Counted from the first letter of the stretch, positions 28,744 through 39,473 are shown. The stretch: DNA of 64,000 nucleotides from an uncultured delta proteobacterium (GCA_963745835.1 CAVUZH010000019.1:256001-320000), one strand, 5' to 3'. Numbers and translations are program-made. Notes: a model not told the origin generated them from the letters alone.

Positions 28744-29820
28744 ATGTCTGAATCATTGCGCTACTACATCGCTCATAATGGCGGATTGAAGATAATGGAA
28801 CCGCAGAATTCGTCAATGAAGACCCTCGGCGAATTCTTCCAAGGAAAAACACTCGAGCATTTGACCGGCTGCACGACCAAGCCCGAGATCGTTTTTGCCG
28901 CAGTCGCATTCGATGGCGGCTATCGCACCGATGACGCAGGAAAGACTTGGACCAAGATTATGGATGGCGATGTGCGCACGTTCACGGTCGATCCGCATGA
29001 CGAGCGCATTGTCTACATGGGCATCGGCCCGATCCGCCTTTTCCGCAGCGAAGACAGTGGTAAAAGTTGGCAGCCGCTCGACAGCATGCTCAACTTTGGT
29101 GACGAAGTAAAAACGAAATGGGACGTGCCGCCGCGCTTGCGCGGAGTCGAGTTTCCCCATGTGCGCCAGATCTTCATCCATCCCGATGAGCAGAATCTGA
29201 TTTGGGTTCTGCTCGAACATGGCGGGAACCTGCTGAGTCGAGATCGCGGTAAGACGTGGGAAGACCGGAGCACCGGGATCGATTATGTCGATATGCATCA
29301 CATTGAAAATTACCCTGGCAGCAAAGAACGTTATTATGTTTCATCGGCCCGGGGATACTATCGCACTGATGACGCAGGCCAACAATGGCGCCGAGTCGAG
29401 AACGGCATGCCGTGGGCCTATACCGAGCTGCACAGCTATTCGCACGAGTGGCATTTTTTGCCGGGAGTGAACCCGCGCATGGTCGTCTGCGGCGGCAAGG
29501 GTTCTCCAGGCGTGTGGATGCGTGAGAGAATTACACCCAAGGGACATATTATGCTAAGCGACGACGGCGGCGAGAACTGGCGTATCGTCGCTCAGGGCCT
29601 GGAAAAAGAGAATCCCTGGATGCCATGGGTTTTACTGCGCCACCCGAGCGATCCCAATGGGCTCTTCTGTGGCATGGGCGATGGCGCGCGCGGCTACGGT
29701 TTCGATGCGCGTATCCAAGGTAAAGGCGCGCTCTACAGGAGTCTTGATCGTGGCGAGTCATGGCAGGCGCTGATGCAGGACACGCCATCGATTCTGACGG
29801 CCTGGGTGGCGCCGAACTAG
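28744..29820 (+). CDS. BNR/Asp-box repeat beta-propeller protein
   Basis: Repeated S/TxDxGxxW boxes (TDDAGKTW, SEDSGKSW, SRDRGKTW, SDDGGENW, SLDRGESW). Confidence 0.85.
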   Translation: MSESLRYYIAHNGGLKIMEPQNSSMKTLGEFFQGKTLEHLTGCTTKPEIVFAAVAFDGGYRTDDAGKTWTKIMDGDVRTFTVDPHDERIVYMGIGPIRLFRSEDSGKSWQPLDSMLNFGDEVKTKWDVPPRLRGVEFPHVRQIFIHPDEQNLIWVLLEHGGNLLSRDRGKTWEDRSTGIDYVDMHHIENYPGSKERYYVSSARGYYRTDDAGQQWRRVENGMPWAYTELHSYSHEWHFLPGVNPRMVVCGGKGSPGVWMRERITPKGHIMLSDDGGENWRIVAQGLEKENPWMPWVLLRHPSDPNGLFCGMGDGARGYGFDARIQGKGALYRSLDRGESWQALMQDTPSILTAWVAPN

Positions 29821-30087
29821 ATAACGAATACCAGTCTCTCGCAATCCGCTTAGAGCCTACGAGTAGCAAACAAGCAGAGGCACTCATACCGCGAGCAGAC
29901 ACCAGCGGCGGGATGCACGCCACACGGATGTAACATTCGAGGAAATCCATCTCTTTCCCGACGAGCGGCCAGGTATCGGAAAAGCGTTCGACGGCTGCGC
30001 GACTACTTTTGATTAGAAAACCTGCAGCATTCGCGTACGGTTTTATGCGTGGCCGTTAGTCAAAAATAGAATTCGGCGGAGGAGGTC

Positions 30088-30804
30088 ATGCGCTACGAGC
30101 TCTACTACTGGCCCGAGATACAGGGACGCGGCGAATTTGTTCGGCTCGCCTTCGAAGACGCCGGCGCGGCTTATGTCGATGTCGCGCGGCGGCCACGCGG
30201 GATGGGGGCAATGTCGAAGTTTCTGGAAAGCCGGTCGGTCAAGCGACCACCGTTCGCGCCGCCGTTTTTAAAAGCCGGCAAGCTGGTCATCGCCCAAACC
30301 GCCAACATTCTATTCTTCCTCGGCCCGCGTCTTCATCTCGCGCCAAAAGAAGAGGCGGCGCGCTTTTGGGCGCATCAACTACAGCTCACCATCGCCGATT
30401 GGGTCGCCGAAGTTCACGACACGCATCATCCGGTCGCAAGCAGCTTGTACTACGAAGAGCAGAAACGTGAGGCGAAGCGGCGCGCGGAGATTTTCAAGGT
30501 CGAACGCCAGCCCAAGTTTCTGCGTTACTTCGAGCAGATCCTGGAGCGCAACGGCGGCCGCGTTCTAGTCGGCAATGCGGTTTCATACCTGGACCTGTCG
30601 CTCTTCCAGATGATTGAAGGTTCGCGCTATGCATTTCCACGGGCGATGGCAAAACAGGAACACAAATATCGACGAGTGATCGCGCTGCACGAGCGGATGG
30701 CCGCGCGTCCGCGGTTGGCGGCGTATCTCGCGTCCGAGCGGCGTCTGCCGTTCAATCAGGAAGGCATCTTCCGCCACTACACTGAGCTCGATGATCGGTC
30801 CTGA
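30088..30804 (+). CDS. Glutathione S-transferase
   Basis: YELYYWPEIQGRGEFVRL, AQTANIL, SYLDLSLFQ. Confidence 0.92.
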   Translation: MRYELYYWPEIQGRGEFVRLAFEDAGAAYVDVARRPRGMGAMSKFLESRSVKRPPFAPPFLKAGKLVIAQTANILFFLGPRLHLAPKEEAARFWAHQLQLTIADWVAEVHDTHHPVASSLYYEEQKREAKRRAEIFKVERQPKFLRYFEQILERNGGRVLVGNAVSYLDLSLFQMIEGSRYAFPRAMAKQEHKYRRVIALHERMAARPRLAAYLASERRLPFNQEGIFRHYTELDDRS

Positions 30805-30829
30805 TAAAGACGCGCGCAACAAACTGCAA

Positions 30830-31210
30830 TTACGGCACCCAGCCACCGCCGAGAGCTTTGTAGAGATTGACTATGGCCGTCAATCTTGCGCGTTGGAGCT
30901 GTACCTGCTGCAGCTCGGCGCTAAAAAGACTTCGCTCGGCGTCGAGGACTTCCAAAAAACTCGAATAGCCATTCTCATAGCGCAGGTTCGCAAGCCGCAA
31001 GGTTCGTTGCAGTGCCTGCACCTGCCGGTCTTGCGCCGCCTGTTGTTCGCGGATCTTTCGCGTTGCAATCAAAGCATCTTCCACTTCTCTGAAACTTGTC
31101 TGTATGTGCCGGCCTCGGAATTTACATTCTGGCCGTCTCGATCACAGCCGCTCACGGCTAAAAAAATAAGTGAAATGAGAATCGCTAAAGTTAATCGCAG
31201 TAGCCGGGGA
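30830..31210 (-). pseudogene. Collapsed RND efflux operon remnant (lipoprotein N-terminus joined to OMF/TolC C-terminus)
   Basis: RYENGYSSFLEVLDAERSLF...LYKALGGGW (OMF end) directly follows a signal peptide with lipobox LAVSGC. Confidence 0.7.
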
Positions 31211-31484
31211 GATGAGTTGGGGCGGCGTTCGCGCAGTTGGCCTGCATATCCAGGCTCTCCCCGTCGAACTCCAATTGTTGTCTTTTCGGCGCAGCATCGA
31301 AGCTCGCGGCGCATTGCTTGATCGGAGAGATGAATCCCAATCAGCCGATCAGTAGGCAATGCGCCGCGGTCTTACGAATATGGAGACGCAAATAGTACGA
31401 GCCCTATCATGCGAAAATTCTTGCGACACCAGCCGGTCGCAGCCAGGGGCCATCGATCACTTCGAAGGATATTCTCCGTTCGAT

Positions 31485-32105
31485 TTATGCCTTCTTGAAA
31501 TCGCCAAGGCGGCCTTCGACTGCCTGCCAGTCAATGTTGGCGAAAAACGCTTCGATGTATTTGGGCCGTTCCGCGGGCTTGTAGTCGAGCAGGAACGCGT
31601 GTTCCCATACGTCCATCACCAGCACCGGCTCGAATCCCGCAACATTGCCGATCTCATGCAAGCTTACCCAGTGATTGCTCAGCCGCCGGCGTTTGGGATC
31701 CTGAAAGCAGATGGCCCAGCCGACACCGCGCATTTTACCGATGCTGACAAAGTCGGCTTTCCAGATATCATAGCTGCCGAAGCCGCTTTCTGCCGCTTTA
31801 TAAAAAGCCGACTGCTTGCCCGGATCACCCGATCCACCTTTGGTCATGTTGCCGAAATAGTACTCATGCAGCACCATGCCGTTGTATTCGAAACCCATAC
31901 GCCGGGTGAGCTCTGAATAAGCCGGCATCTCCTCCTGATCGACCTGGCCATCTTTTAAAAACTCCGAAATCTTTTCTGTCAGCCGGTTGGTTTCTTTGAC
32001 GTAGCCCTCATAGAGCTTGAAGTGCATCTCGAGGGTTTGATCGGAAATCCCTTGAAGCCCGCTTAGTTTGAACTGCTTGGCTTGATACGCCTCATTTGTC
32101 GCCAT
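31485..32105 (-). CDS. Fe/Mn superoxide dismutase family protein
   Basis: EMHFKLYEGYV, NGMVLHEYYF, DVWEHAF. Confidence 0.93.
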   Translation of the reverse strand: MATNEAYQAKQFKLSGLQGISDQTLEMHFKLYEGYVKETNRLTEKISEFLKDGQVDQEEMPAYSELTRRMGFEYNGMVLHEYYFGNMTKGGSGDPGKQSAFYKAAESGFGSYDIWKADFVSIGKMRGVGWAICFQDPKRRRLSNHWVSLHEIGNVAGFEPVLVMDVWEHAFLLDYKPAERPKYIEAFFANIDWQAVEGRLGDFKKA

Positions 32106-32198
32106 CTATAATCCTCCTTTGTCTTAAAATTCTTGACCGTATAGCGTGAAGTTGACCCGGCAGTCAGTGAAAGCTGATGCAAATGCTAAGAACCTGGG

Positions 32199-32684
32199 CT
32201 AGACTGACTCAGCTTGCAGAAATGCTCTTAACATCCAGGCCATTTTTTCGTGCTGTTCCATCAAGCCTGTAAGAAAATCGTTGGTGCCCATGTCATGATA
32301 TTTGTTGGCGCAGGTCTCCAGATCGCTGCGCAATTGCCGGATGACTGCCTCATGGTCGTCTACAAGGTTGGCGATCATCTCGCGCGCCCTGGGATAGTGG
32401 CCCGGGTGTTCCTTGAGCCTGGCGTGCTGGGAGAATTCGCTCATGGTGCCGAATGCCCATCCGTCAAGAGTGCGCCCGCGTTCCGCAACCTGATCGACGA
32501 TTTCACTGAGCTGGGTATATTGCTCCTCGAAAAACTTGTGCAGATCGTTGAACTGCGGTCCGGTGACGTTCCAATGGTAGTTTCGTGTTTTAGTGTAGAG
32601 AAGATACTCATCAGACAACACGGTGTTCAGGATCTTCACAACACCGGCACGTTGTTCCTCCGAAAGGTCGATATTTGTTTTCAT
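32199..32684 (-). CDS. dps: Dps DNA starvation/stationary phase protection protein
   Basis: HWNVTGPQFNDLHKFFEEQY, DQVAER, HEKMAWML; RBS AAGGAGG before ATG 32684; in-frame extension to 32867. Confidence 0.93.
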   Translation of the reverse strand: MKTNIDLSEEQRAGVVKILNTVLSDEYLLYTKTRNYHWNVTGPQFNDLHKFFEEQYTQLSEIVDQVAERGRTLDGWAFGTMSEFSQHARLKEHPGHYPRAREMIANLVDDHEAVIRQLRSDLETCANKYHDMGTNDFLTGLMEQHEKMAWMLRAFLQAESV

Positions 32685-32900
32685 AATAAACTCCTCCTTG
32701 TCGTGTATTTTTGACGTTTGCGTGACTGCGGCGCCGGCAGTTTCTTCTTGCTGGTTACGATCGCGGCCAAGTGTCCATGACGGCGGATCGCTTGCGGGAA
32801 AGCTGTCCGCCAAAGTCGCGTCGATCATCTCTTCAGAGAGCTGATCTGGTCTACTTGTGGGTGGCATGGTTTTCTCCTTTTAGTCTAACCGACAGCTTAG

Positions 32901-33245
32901 CTATTCATAGATGGGTCCAAAGGTTTGAGCTCGCCGAGAAGCGTCGGAATTAATTCTGTGATCGTAGGATGGATGTGCATGGGGCGCTGGATGACCGTAT
33001 AGGGGCGCTTTGGGATACATCACGTCGAGAATCGAATGAATCACCTCATCGCATTCGATGCCCATTAACGATGCGCCGAGAATTTCTTTGGTGTCTGCGT
33101 CCACCAGGATTTTCAAGAATCCTTGGGTCTCGCCTTTCTCCACCGCGCGGCCAACCCGAGTCATCGGCCGTGTCGCCATCAACGCTTTTCGCCCCGCTTT
33201 GCGCACTGCCGATTCCGTCATCCCGCCCCGCCCTAGCGAATGCAA
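32901..33245 (-). pseudogene. C-terminal fragment of a pyridine nucleotide-disulfide oxidoreductase
   Basis: GMTE...RVGRAVEKGETQGFLKILVDADTKEILGA; dimerisation domain only, frameshifted before IHPT. Confidence 0.78.
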
Positions 33246-33470
33246 AGACGCTAAGGGTAAAACAAATATCCCAACTTCGCGTCTTGGTCACTTGGCGCGA
33301 GTAAATCCTCTTTCACATTAGCGATGGTCGTCGGAAAATTTGCGCGAAGCTGCAATACTTTCAACAAACTAGTAGGAAGCTCGCGAATATTCTGTAAGTA
33401 ATTTGCTTTAACTTATAAACTTCGTGTCCTTCGCGTGAAGTTTCGAAACTGCCGTCGTCGCAACATTCGG

Positions 33471-33865
33471 CTATTCAGTCGTCTTGCCGTCAAAATGTTC
33501 CTCGTGCGCCAGCGCATCAGCTTTGGTTTTATGGATGGTTCCGTCGCGATGCTCAGGCGGAGAATAAACCGTATAGAGCTTTAGTTCGTCTCGATCTGAA
33601 ACATTGATGACGTTGTGTTTTGTGCCCGCCGGGATAACCACAGCCGTCCCATCAGAAATCTGATGCCCCACTCCGTCCAACACCGCAACACCGCTGCCGG
33701 CTTCGACCCGGATGAACTGATCCAGCGTATGAGTTTCCTCGCCAATCTCCTCCTTTGGCCGAAGGCTCATTAATACCAGCTGTGAATTTTTCCCGTATAT
33801 AAGACTCGCCTAAAATCTTTGCTTTCCAGCGTATCGTCTTCAATGTTTGTCACGTAACCTTTCAT
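33471..33865 (-). CDS. Cupin domain protein (single frameshift)
   Basis: MKGYVTNIE..FRRVLYTGK|SQLVLMSL..EIGEETH..DQFIRVE..HNVIN..YSPPEH; frameshift at T-run 33787-33791. Confidence 0.85.
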
Positions 33866-34083
33866 AATTTCGCCCTCCTTCCTGAGCCTATACCTATAAA
33901 AGGATCGATCAAGGCAGGTTGCGAACGTTTCCGTGTTAGAAGCACCGTCTCAACACTGCCTTTGATCCGAGGCTGGTGGTTGTTGCACCGGTAAGGAGAT
34001 GTCTCAACCAGACTAACCGGCGTACGTGATCGGAATCGGCTAAGTCCCAGGGCGCTCGGATTGGCGTGCCGCGATTCCCGTAC

Positions 34084-35043
34084 CTAGGCCGTGGTGAAGT
34101 TCAATTCCGGCCCGATCGGAACAATGCCGGTGGGGTTAATCGACTTGTGACTGGTGTAATAGTGCCTGCGAATGTGATCGAAGTTCACCGTCCCGGCGAT
34201 CTTGGGCAGTTGGAACAGATCCCCGGCGTAACGCGATAGATGCTGATAATCCACGAGGCGGCGCAGATTGCATTTGAAGTGACCGACATAAACGGCATCG
34301 AAACGGATTAACGTCGTGAAGAGACGCCAGTCGGTTTCGACGGGCCGATCGCCAAACAGGTAGCGGCAGCCTGCCAGGCGCTCCTCGAGCTCGTCGAGCA
34401 TGGCAAAGACGTTGAACGCCGCTTCCTCGTAGGCTTCCTGAGTCGTCGCAAACCCGGCCTGATAAACGCCATTGTTAACTGCGCGATAAATGCGCTCGTT
34501 GAGCGCATCGATGTCGCTCCGTAATTGAACCGGATAATAATCTCCGGGCTGCGCGCCGACGCTGTCGAAAGCGTCATTTAACATGCGCATGATATCGGCG
34601 GATTCGTTGCTGACGATGCCGCCCTGCGCCTTGTCCCAGAGCACCGGTGTGGTGGCACGACCGGATGCTTTCGGATCGTCGGCGAGATAGATCTCGTATA
34701 GATACTTCGCATTGTGAATCGGATCGGGAATCACGCCCGGAGCGGGATCGAACGTCCAGCCATTCTCGCCCATATGCCAGTGCGTCACCGACAGCGAGAT
34801 CGCGTCCTCCAATCCTTTCAGCGCGCGCATGATCAAGGTGCGATGCGCCCACGGACAAGCGAACGAGACATAGAGATGATAGCGGCCGGGCTCGGCCCTG
34901 AAGCCGCCTTCCCCTGTTGGCCCCGGAGCGCCGTCGGGCGTGATCCAGTTGCGGTAGCGCGATTCCCAACGAACAAATCGTCCACCGGTGCTCTGGGTGT
35001 CATACCACTGGTCTTTCCACACTCCCTCGACCAGCACGCCCAT
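34084..35043 (-). CDS. yqjG: Glutathionyl-hydroquinone reductase (Xi-class GST)
   Basis: YHLYVSFACPWAHR, SNESADI, NNGVY, RFDAVY. Confidence 0.93.
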   Translation of the reverse strand: MGVLVEGVWKDQWYDTQSTGGRFVRWESRYRNWITPDGAPGPTGEGGFRAEPGRYHLYVSFACPWAHRTLIMRALKGLEDAISLSVTHWHMGENGWTFDPAPGVIPDPIHNAKYLYEIYLADDPKASGRATTPVLWDKAQGGIVSNESADIMRMLNDAFDSVGAQPGDYYPVQLRSDIDALNERIYRAVNNGVYQAGFATTQEAYEEAAFNVFAMLDELEERLAGCRYLFGDRPVETDWRLFTTLIRFDAVYVGHFKCNLRRLVDYQHLSRYAGDLFQLPKIAGTVNFDHIRRHYYTSHKSINPTGIVPIGPELNFTTA

Positions 35044-35674
35044 AAAGCTATCTCCTTGTTGAGTGCGAACGCGACCGCCTTACTCAGCCGCGCTTCTCGC
35101 CGTAAAGGTCAGCCGCGAATGGCCGGCTTCGGACTGACCGCTCGTATAAGTACTTGCCGGCGCTTTCCGCCCGATGTCGTTGCCCGGCAGGGGCGTCAGC
35201 GATTTGGCTTGCCCAAGGTCGATGCCGGCTCCTTCGGCGACACGCCGGCGATTATCTTTGTCACCATGCGGCTGCAAACAATAGCCCCGCGACAGAAAAC
35301 GGCAGATCAATGCCGTGGCAACATCAAAAGACCGGTGTTGGAAACGATCCTCAGGATCTCAGGACCGCGTCCTATGGTCACCTAAGCAATACTCCGGCGG
35401 TGAATCAATAAGTTCTGGAAGTAATAAGACGCAGCATCCGGCGCGCGATCCATGCGAAAAGTTTACGGCCTTAATGCATACGCATCTACGACGGGCGCGG
35501 TTACAGTTATCATCTTAAATCCCATTGTTGTTTGCCGATCAGGCGATTCATAGCGCCAGCACAACCGCTCCTTAGCCAGGGGGAAAATACCAAAACCGGC
35601 GGTCTGCACCACCGAAACACAGCTTGAGAAGCTGGCTAGATTATATTTTTCCGCGGTGGTAAAGATGGAGCAAC

Positions 35675-36568
35675 GTGATCGCCAATGGGCAGAAAAAATA
35701 CTTTGATCCGAAGGTTCTGGCCGGGATTTCCAATCTCTCACTGCGGGCGCGATGGGTGGTGGAAGGTATTATGTCCGGCATTCACCGCAGCCGCTCCAAA
35801 GGGTTCAGCGTAGAGTTCGAAGAGCATCGCGAATATTCTCCGGGCGACGAGATTCGGCGCATCGATTGGAAGGCGCTGGGAAAATTCGACCGCTATTTCA
35901 TCAAGGAATACGAAGACGAAACCAACCTGCGGGCCTATCTTCTACTCGATACCAGCGCCTCGATGGATTATTCGTCCGATGGCATCACCAAATTCGATTA
36001 CGGTTGCACCCTCACCGCTTCGCTCGCTTATCTTATCCTGCGCCAGCAAGATGCCGCCGGTCTGGTGACCTTTTCAAACCGCATCGAAAACGTCATACCG
36101 CCGCGGGCCAAGCGCGATTACCTGACCCAAATCGTTCACGCGCTTGAAAACCAACGGCCCGGCGGCGAAACCAACGTCGGCAGAATTCTCGAGGAGATCG
36201 CCGGCCAAATCAAACGGCGCGGCATCGTAGTTCTTGTCTCTGATCTGCTGGACGAACCGGCGCAGATCCTCAAAGGCTTGCGCTTGTTCCGCTTCAAAGG
36301 CAACGACGTCATCGTCTTTCATATTCTCGACCAAGCCGAGCTCGATCTGCCGTTTGAAGGCAACATTTTGTTCGAGGACCTGGAAGCCGCTAATCTCAAC
36401 GTGATCGCCGATCCGCGGGCGATTCGCCAAACCTACCGGCAAGTCGTCGAAGAGTTCACCGAACAGATGCGCAAGGAGTGCCACGATAGCTCCATCGACT
36501 ATCAACTCATCTCTACATCGACCCCATTAGACCGAGCGCTGGCCAGTTACTTGAGCTGGAGGGAATGA
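35675..36568 (+). CDS. DUF58 (vWA-like) protein
   Basis: GFSVEFEEHREYSPGDEIRRIDWK, LDTSASM, VSDL. Confidence 0.93.
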   Translation: MIANGQKKYFDPKVLAGISNLSLRARWVVEGIMSGIHRSRSKGFSVEFEEHREYSPGDEIRRIDWKALGKFDRYFIKEYEDETNLRAYLLLDTSASMDYSSDGITKFDYGCTLTASLAYLILRQQDAAGLVTFSNRIENVIPPRAKRDYLTQIVHALENQRPGGETNVGRILEEIAGQIKRRGIVVLVSDLLDEPAQILKGLRLFRFKGNDVIVFHILDQAELDLPFEGNILFEDLEAANLNVIADPRAIRQTYRQVVEEFTEQMRKECHDSSIDYQLISTSTPLDRALASYLSWRE

Positions 36569-36575
36569 GCTGCCG

Positions 36576-38669
36576 ATGTCGGTCTTTTTTCTCTACCCCA
36601 TCTTCCTTTTTGGTCTGATCGCAGCCTCCTTACCGCTGCTGATTCATTTGCTGAACCGCCGCAAGCTAAACCGCATCCGCTTTCCCGCGGTGCGTTTTAT
36701 CCTGATGTCGCAAAAGCGTATCTCGCGCAGTTACCGGCTGCGTCATTGGATCCTGCTGGCGCTAAGAACCATGGCCGTGGTGCTCTTGGCTTTGCTGCTT
36801 GCCAATCCGATTTTCCAGACAGGCGCCGGCTTGTTCGCCGGCGGCGGCCCGGTTTCGTTGGTGATCTTGTTGGATAATTCGTTGAGCATGACGTGGAGCG
36901 GCGACGGCATAGGATTCAAGCAAGCCAAGGAAGCGGCGCGGCTATTGATCACCTCCCTTGGCGACAGCGACCGCGCCGCAATCATTCCCACCAGCATTTC
37001 CGGTAAAGAACCGATCCGTCTCAAGCTCGAAAAAGATGTTCTGCTAAAGGAGCTCGATCAAATAGAAATTGCCGAGGGCACCGCCGATTATTCGACCGCT
37101 CTCGGCAAGGCTTATGAGATCTTGGGCGAACCCGCCGGGCAAAAGGAAATTCGCCTGATCAGCGATCTCGGCCTCACCGGCTGGGACAATTTTTCGATGT
37201 CTTCACTGAAGCAGGTTGATCCGGCGATCCCAGTCAAGGCGATCCGCGTCGGCAGGAAACAGAAACCGCTGAACGTAGCCGTGAAAGAGATCCGTGCCAC
37301 CGGACAGGGCATCGGTGTCGATTTGCCGCTGCACCTCGAAGCCATCGTGGCAAACTTCAGTGATCAGGAAATCAAGGATCTGCTCGTGCAACTGAGCATA
37401 GACGGACAAAACAAAGACCAAAAACTCACGTCGGTTCCCCCCAGAGGGGATGCCACGGTTACCTTGCAAACTCGATTGTCCCAAGCGGGATCGCATGCAG
37501 GACAATTAACCATCAAAAGAGACGGGCTGGCCGGCAATGCTTCGCTGCATTTTGGCGTGCACGCTCAGGATCAACTAAGGATCCTGGTCGTCGACGGCGA
37601 TCCGCAGACATCATTGGTCCAGAGCGAAACGTTTTTTCTGACCCGCGCGCTCAACCCCGCCGGCGAGAGCGATTCGTCACAGTACTTGCCCACCGTGATC
37701 ATTCCTGAAGGCTTGAGCGGGGCCGCCTTGGACGCCTATCAGGTAATTGTCTTGTGCAACGTCGCCGCCTTACCCGATGCCTTTATCGCCAAACTGCAGA
37801 ATTATCTGCGCGGCGGGGGCGGTCTGTTGATTTTCGGCGGCGACAGGCTGCAAGCCGATAACTATAATGCCAAGCTGGCGCAGATCGTCGGGACTCCCAT
37901 CCGCGACAAGAAGCAGGGTCTGGAAGCTAGCGGTGAAAAAATCGGCAAGCTGGAATTAACCCATCCGGCGCTGCAAAGTCTTTCAGACAACCTTTTGCAG
38001 GAGTCAATCAAGTCGGCGCGGGTCTGGGGATATTCTCGAGTCTCAGCGTCCGGCAAAACCGTGTTGATGTCGCTGGCAAACGGCGATCCGCTCCTGATCG
38101 AACACAAAGTCGGCTCCGGCCGGGTTATGTTCATCACCACCACGGCGGACCGGGACTGGAGCGACCTGCCGGTCAAAACCGCCTATCTGCCGATGATCCA
38201 TTCGCTGACAAACTACCTCGCCGGCGGCAAACGCGGCCTCCTCGATGGTGGAATCAGCGTCGGTGATGTCAAAGAGATCTCCTTGCCTCCCGGTTATGTC
38301 GGCAAAACGATTCGCATCACCAAGCCCAACAAGCAACCGGCCGAAGTTGTAATGAGCGCGGCGCAAGATCGCGCCTCCGGTTCTTTTGAAGACAACGATG
38401 TTTCGGGCATCTACCAGCTAGCTCTAACGGGCGGCAATCAGGAAAGCGGCACGCCGCGGTTGTACGCGGTCAACCCGCCGTTTCTCGAGTCCCGCCTGGA
38501 GGAGATCACCGAGCGTGAACTGCAAGCCAAGCTCAGCCCGGTTCGGGCCGACGTGGTTCCCATCGAAACCCTGCGACAGGGCGGAACCCGGAGAGACCTT
38601 GCATTGCCATTACTCGGGCTCTTGCTCGCGACCCTTTTATTGGAAGGCTGGTTCGCTCAACGCATTTAG
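36576..38669 (+). CDS. BatA-domain, vWA-containing membrane protein
   Basis: LPLLIHLLNRR..FPAVRF, LDNSLSM MIDAS, ISD, C-terminal TM. Confidence 0.9.
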   Translation: MSVFFLYPIFLFGLIAASLPLLIHLLNRRKLNRIRFPAVRFILMSQKRISRSYRLRHWILLALRTMAVVLLALLLANPIFQTGAGLFAGGGPVSLVILLDNSLSMTWSGDGIGFKQAKEAARLLITSLGDSDRAAIIPTSISGKEPIRLKLEKDVLLKELDQIEIAEGTADYSTALGKAYEILGEPAGQKEIRLISDLGLTGWDNFSMSSLKQVDPAIPVKAIRVGRKQKPLNVAVKEIRATGQGIGVDLPLHLEAIVANFSDQEIKDLLVQLSIDGQNKDQKLTSVPPRGDATVTLQTRLSQAGSHAGQLTIKRDGLAGNASLHFGVHAQDQLRILVVDGDPQTSLVQSETFFLTRALNPAGESDSSQYLPTVIIPEGLSGAALDAYQVIVLCNVAALPDAFIAKLQNYLRGGGGLLIFGGDRLQADNYNAKLAQIVGTPIRDKKQGLEASGEKIGKLELTHPALQSLSDNLLQESIKSARVWGYSRVSASGKTVLMSLANGDPLLIEHKVGSGRVMFITTTADRDWSDLPVKTAYLPMIHSLTNYLAGGKRGLLDGGISVGDVKEISLPPGYVGKTIRITKPNKQPAEVVMSAAQDRASGSFEDNDVSGIYQLALTGGNQESGTPRLYAVNPPFLESRLEEITERELQAKLSPVRADVVPIETLRQGGTRRDLALPLLGLLLATLLLEGWFAQRI

Positions 38670-38700
38670 TTTTCTTCTTGCTGCGGAGAATCGATTGCAT

Positions 38701-39471
38701 ATGCACCGGCGAGATTTTCTTTTCATCCTTTCTAAAACCCTGGTAACTGCCGGGCTGTTGCCGGCGGTCGCCAGCGCCAGCCATCCGAAAGGGAAAACCC
38801 CGACGCAATTCGTTTTTGCCCAGATCAAATACCGCGGCGGCGACTGGAACCCGCATCCGCTATCGGTTACTCCGTTGATGGAAGAGCTGATGCAGCGCAC
38901 CAGCGTAGAAGCAGCCGGCGCCAGGCACGAAGTCAATCTTACCGACCAGGATCTTTTTAATTATCCGTTTCTCTACATCACCGGCAGATACGAATTCGAG
39001 CCGTTTACTGCTGAGGAGATCGAGACCCTGCGGTTATTTCTTTCATTCGGCGGTTTTCTCTTGATCGATGACGGCTTGGGTCAACAGGGTTACGGCTTTG
39101 ACAAATCCATAAGGCGGGAGATGCAGCGAGTTTTTCCAGGCAACGAGTTCAAACGGCTCCCCAATGGGCACGCGGCGCTGAGGAGCTACTATCTGCTGCG
39201 CCGCATCGGCGGGGTTAGAATCGTCAGCCCCACTCTCGACGGATTGACAGTCGGCAGTTCCACTCCCGTGGTCTATTGTCAGAACAACCTGGCCGGCGCC
39301 TGGGAACGCGATCAGTTGGGTAAATGGACCAACGCGTGCACCCCGGGCGGAGAGGAACAGCGTCGTGACGCGTTTCACCTCGGCATCAATCTGATCCTCT
39401 ACGCCATGACTGAGAATTACAAAGAAGATTTGATTCACGTCCCGTTTATCCGAAAGCGGCTGACGCGCTGA
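38701..39471 (+). CDS. DUF4159 domain protein, probable Tat substrate
   Basis: MHRRDFL signal, YPFLYITG, GGFLLIDD, GINLILYAMT. Confidence 0.88.
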   Translation: MHRRDFLFILSKTLVTAGLLPAVASASHPKGKTPTQFVFAQIKYRGGDWNPHPLSVTPLMEELMQRTSVEAAGARHEVNLTDQDLFNYPFLYITGRYEFEPFTAEEIETLRLFLSFGGFLLIDDGLGQQGYGFDKSIRREMQRVFPGNEFKRLPNGHAALRSYYLLRRIGGVRIVSPTLDGLTVGSSTPVVYCQNNLAGAWERDQLGKWTNACTPGGEEQRRDAFHLGINLILYAMTENYKEDLIHVPFIRKRLTR

Positions 39472-39473
39472 CG

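Noticed and set aside
38515-38700. N-terminal extension of the DUF4159 ORF
   Set aside because: It overlaps the BatA gene; ATG 38701 gives a clean Tat-like signal.
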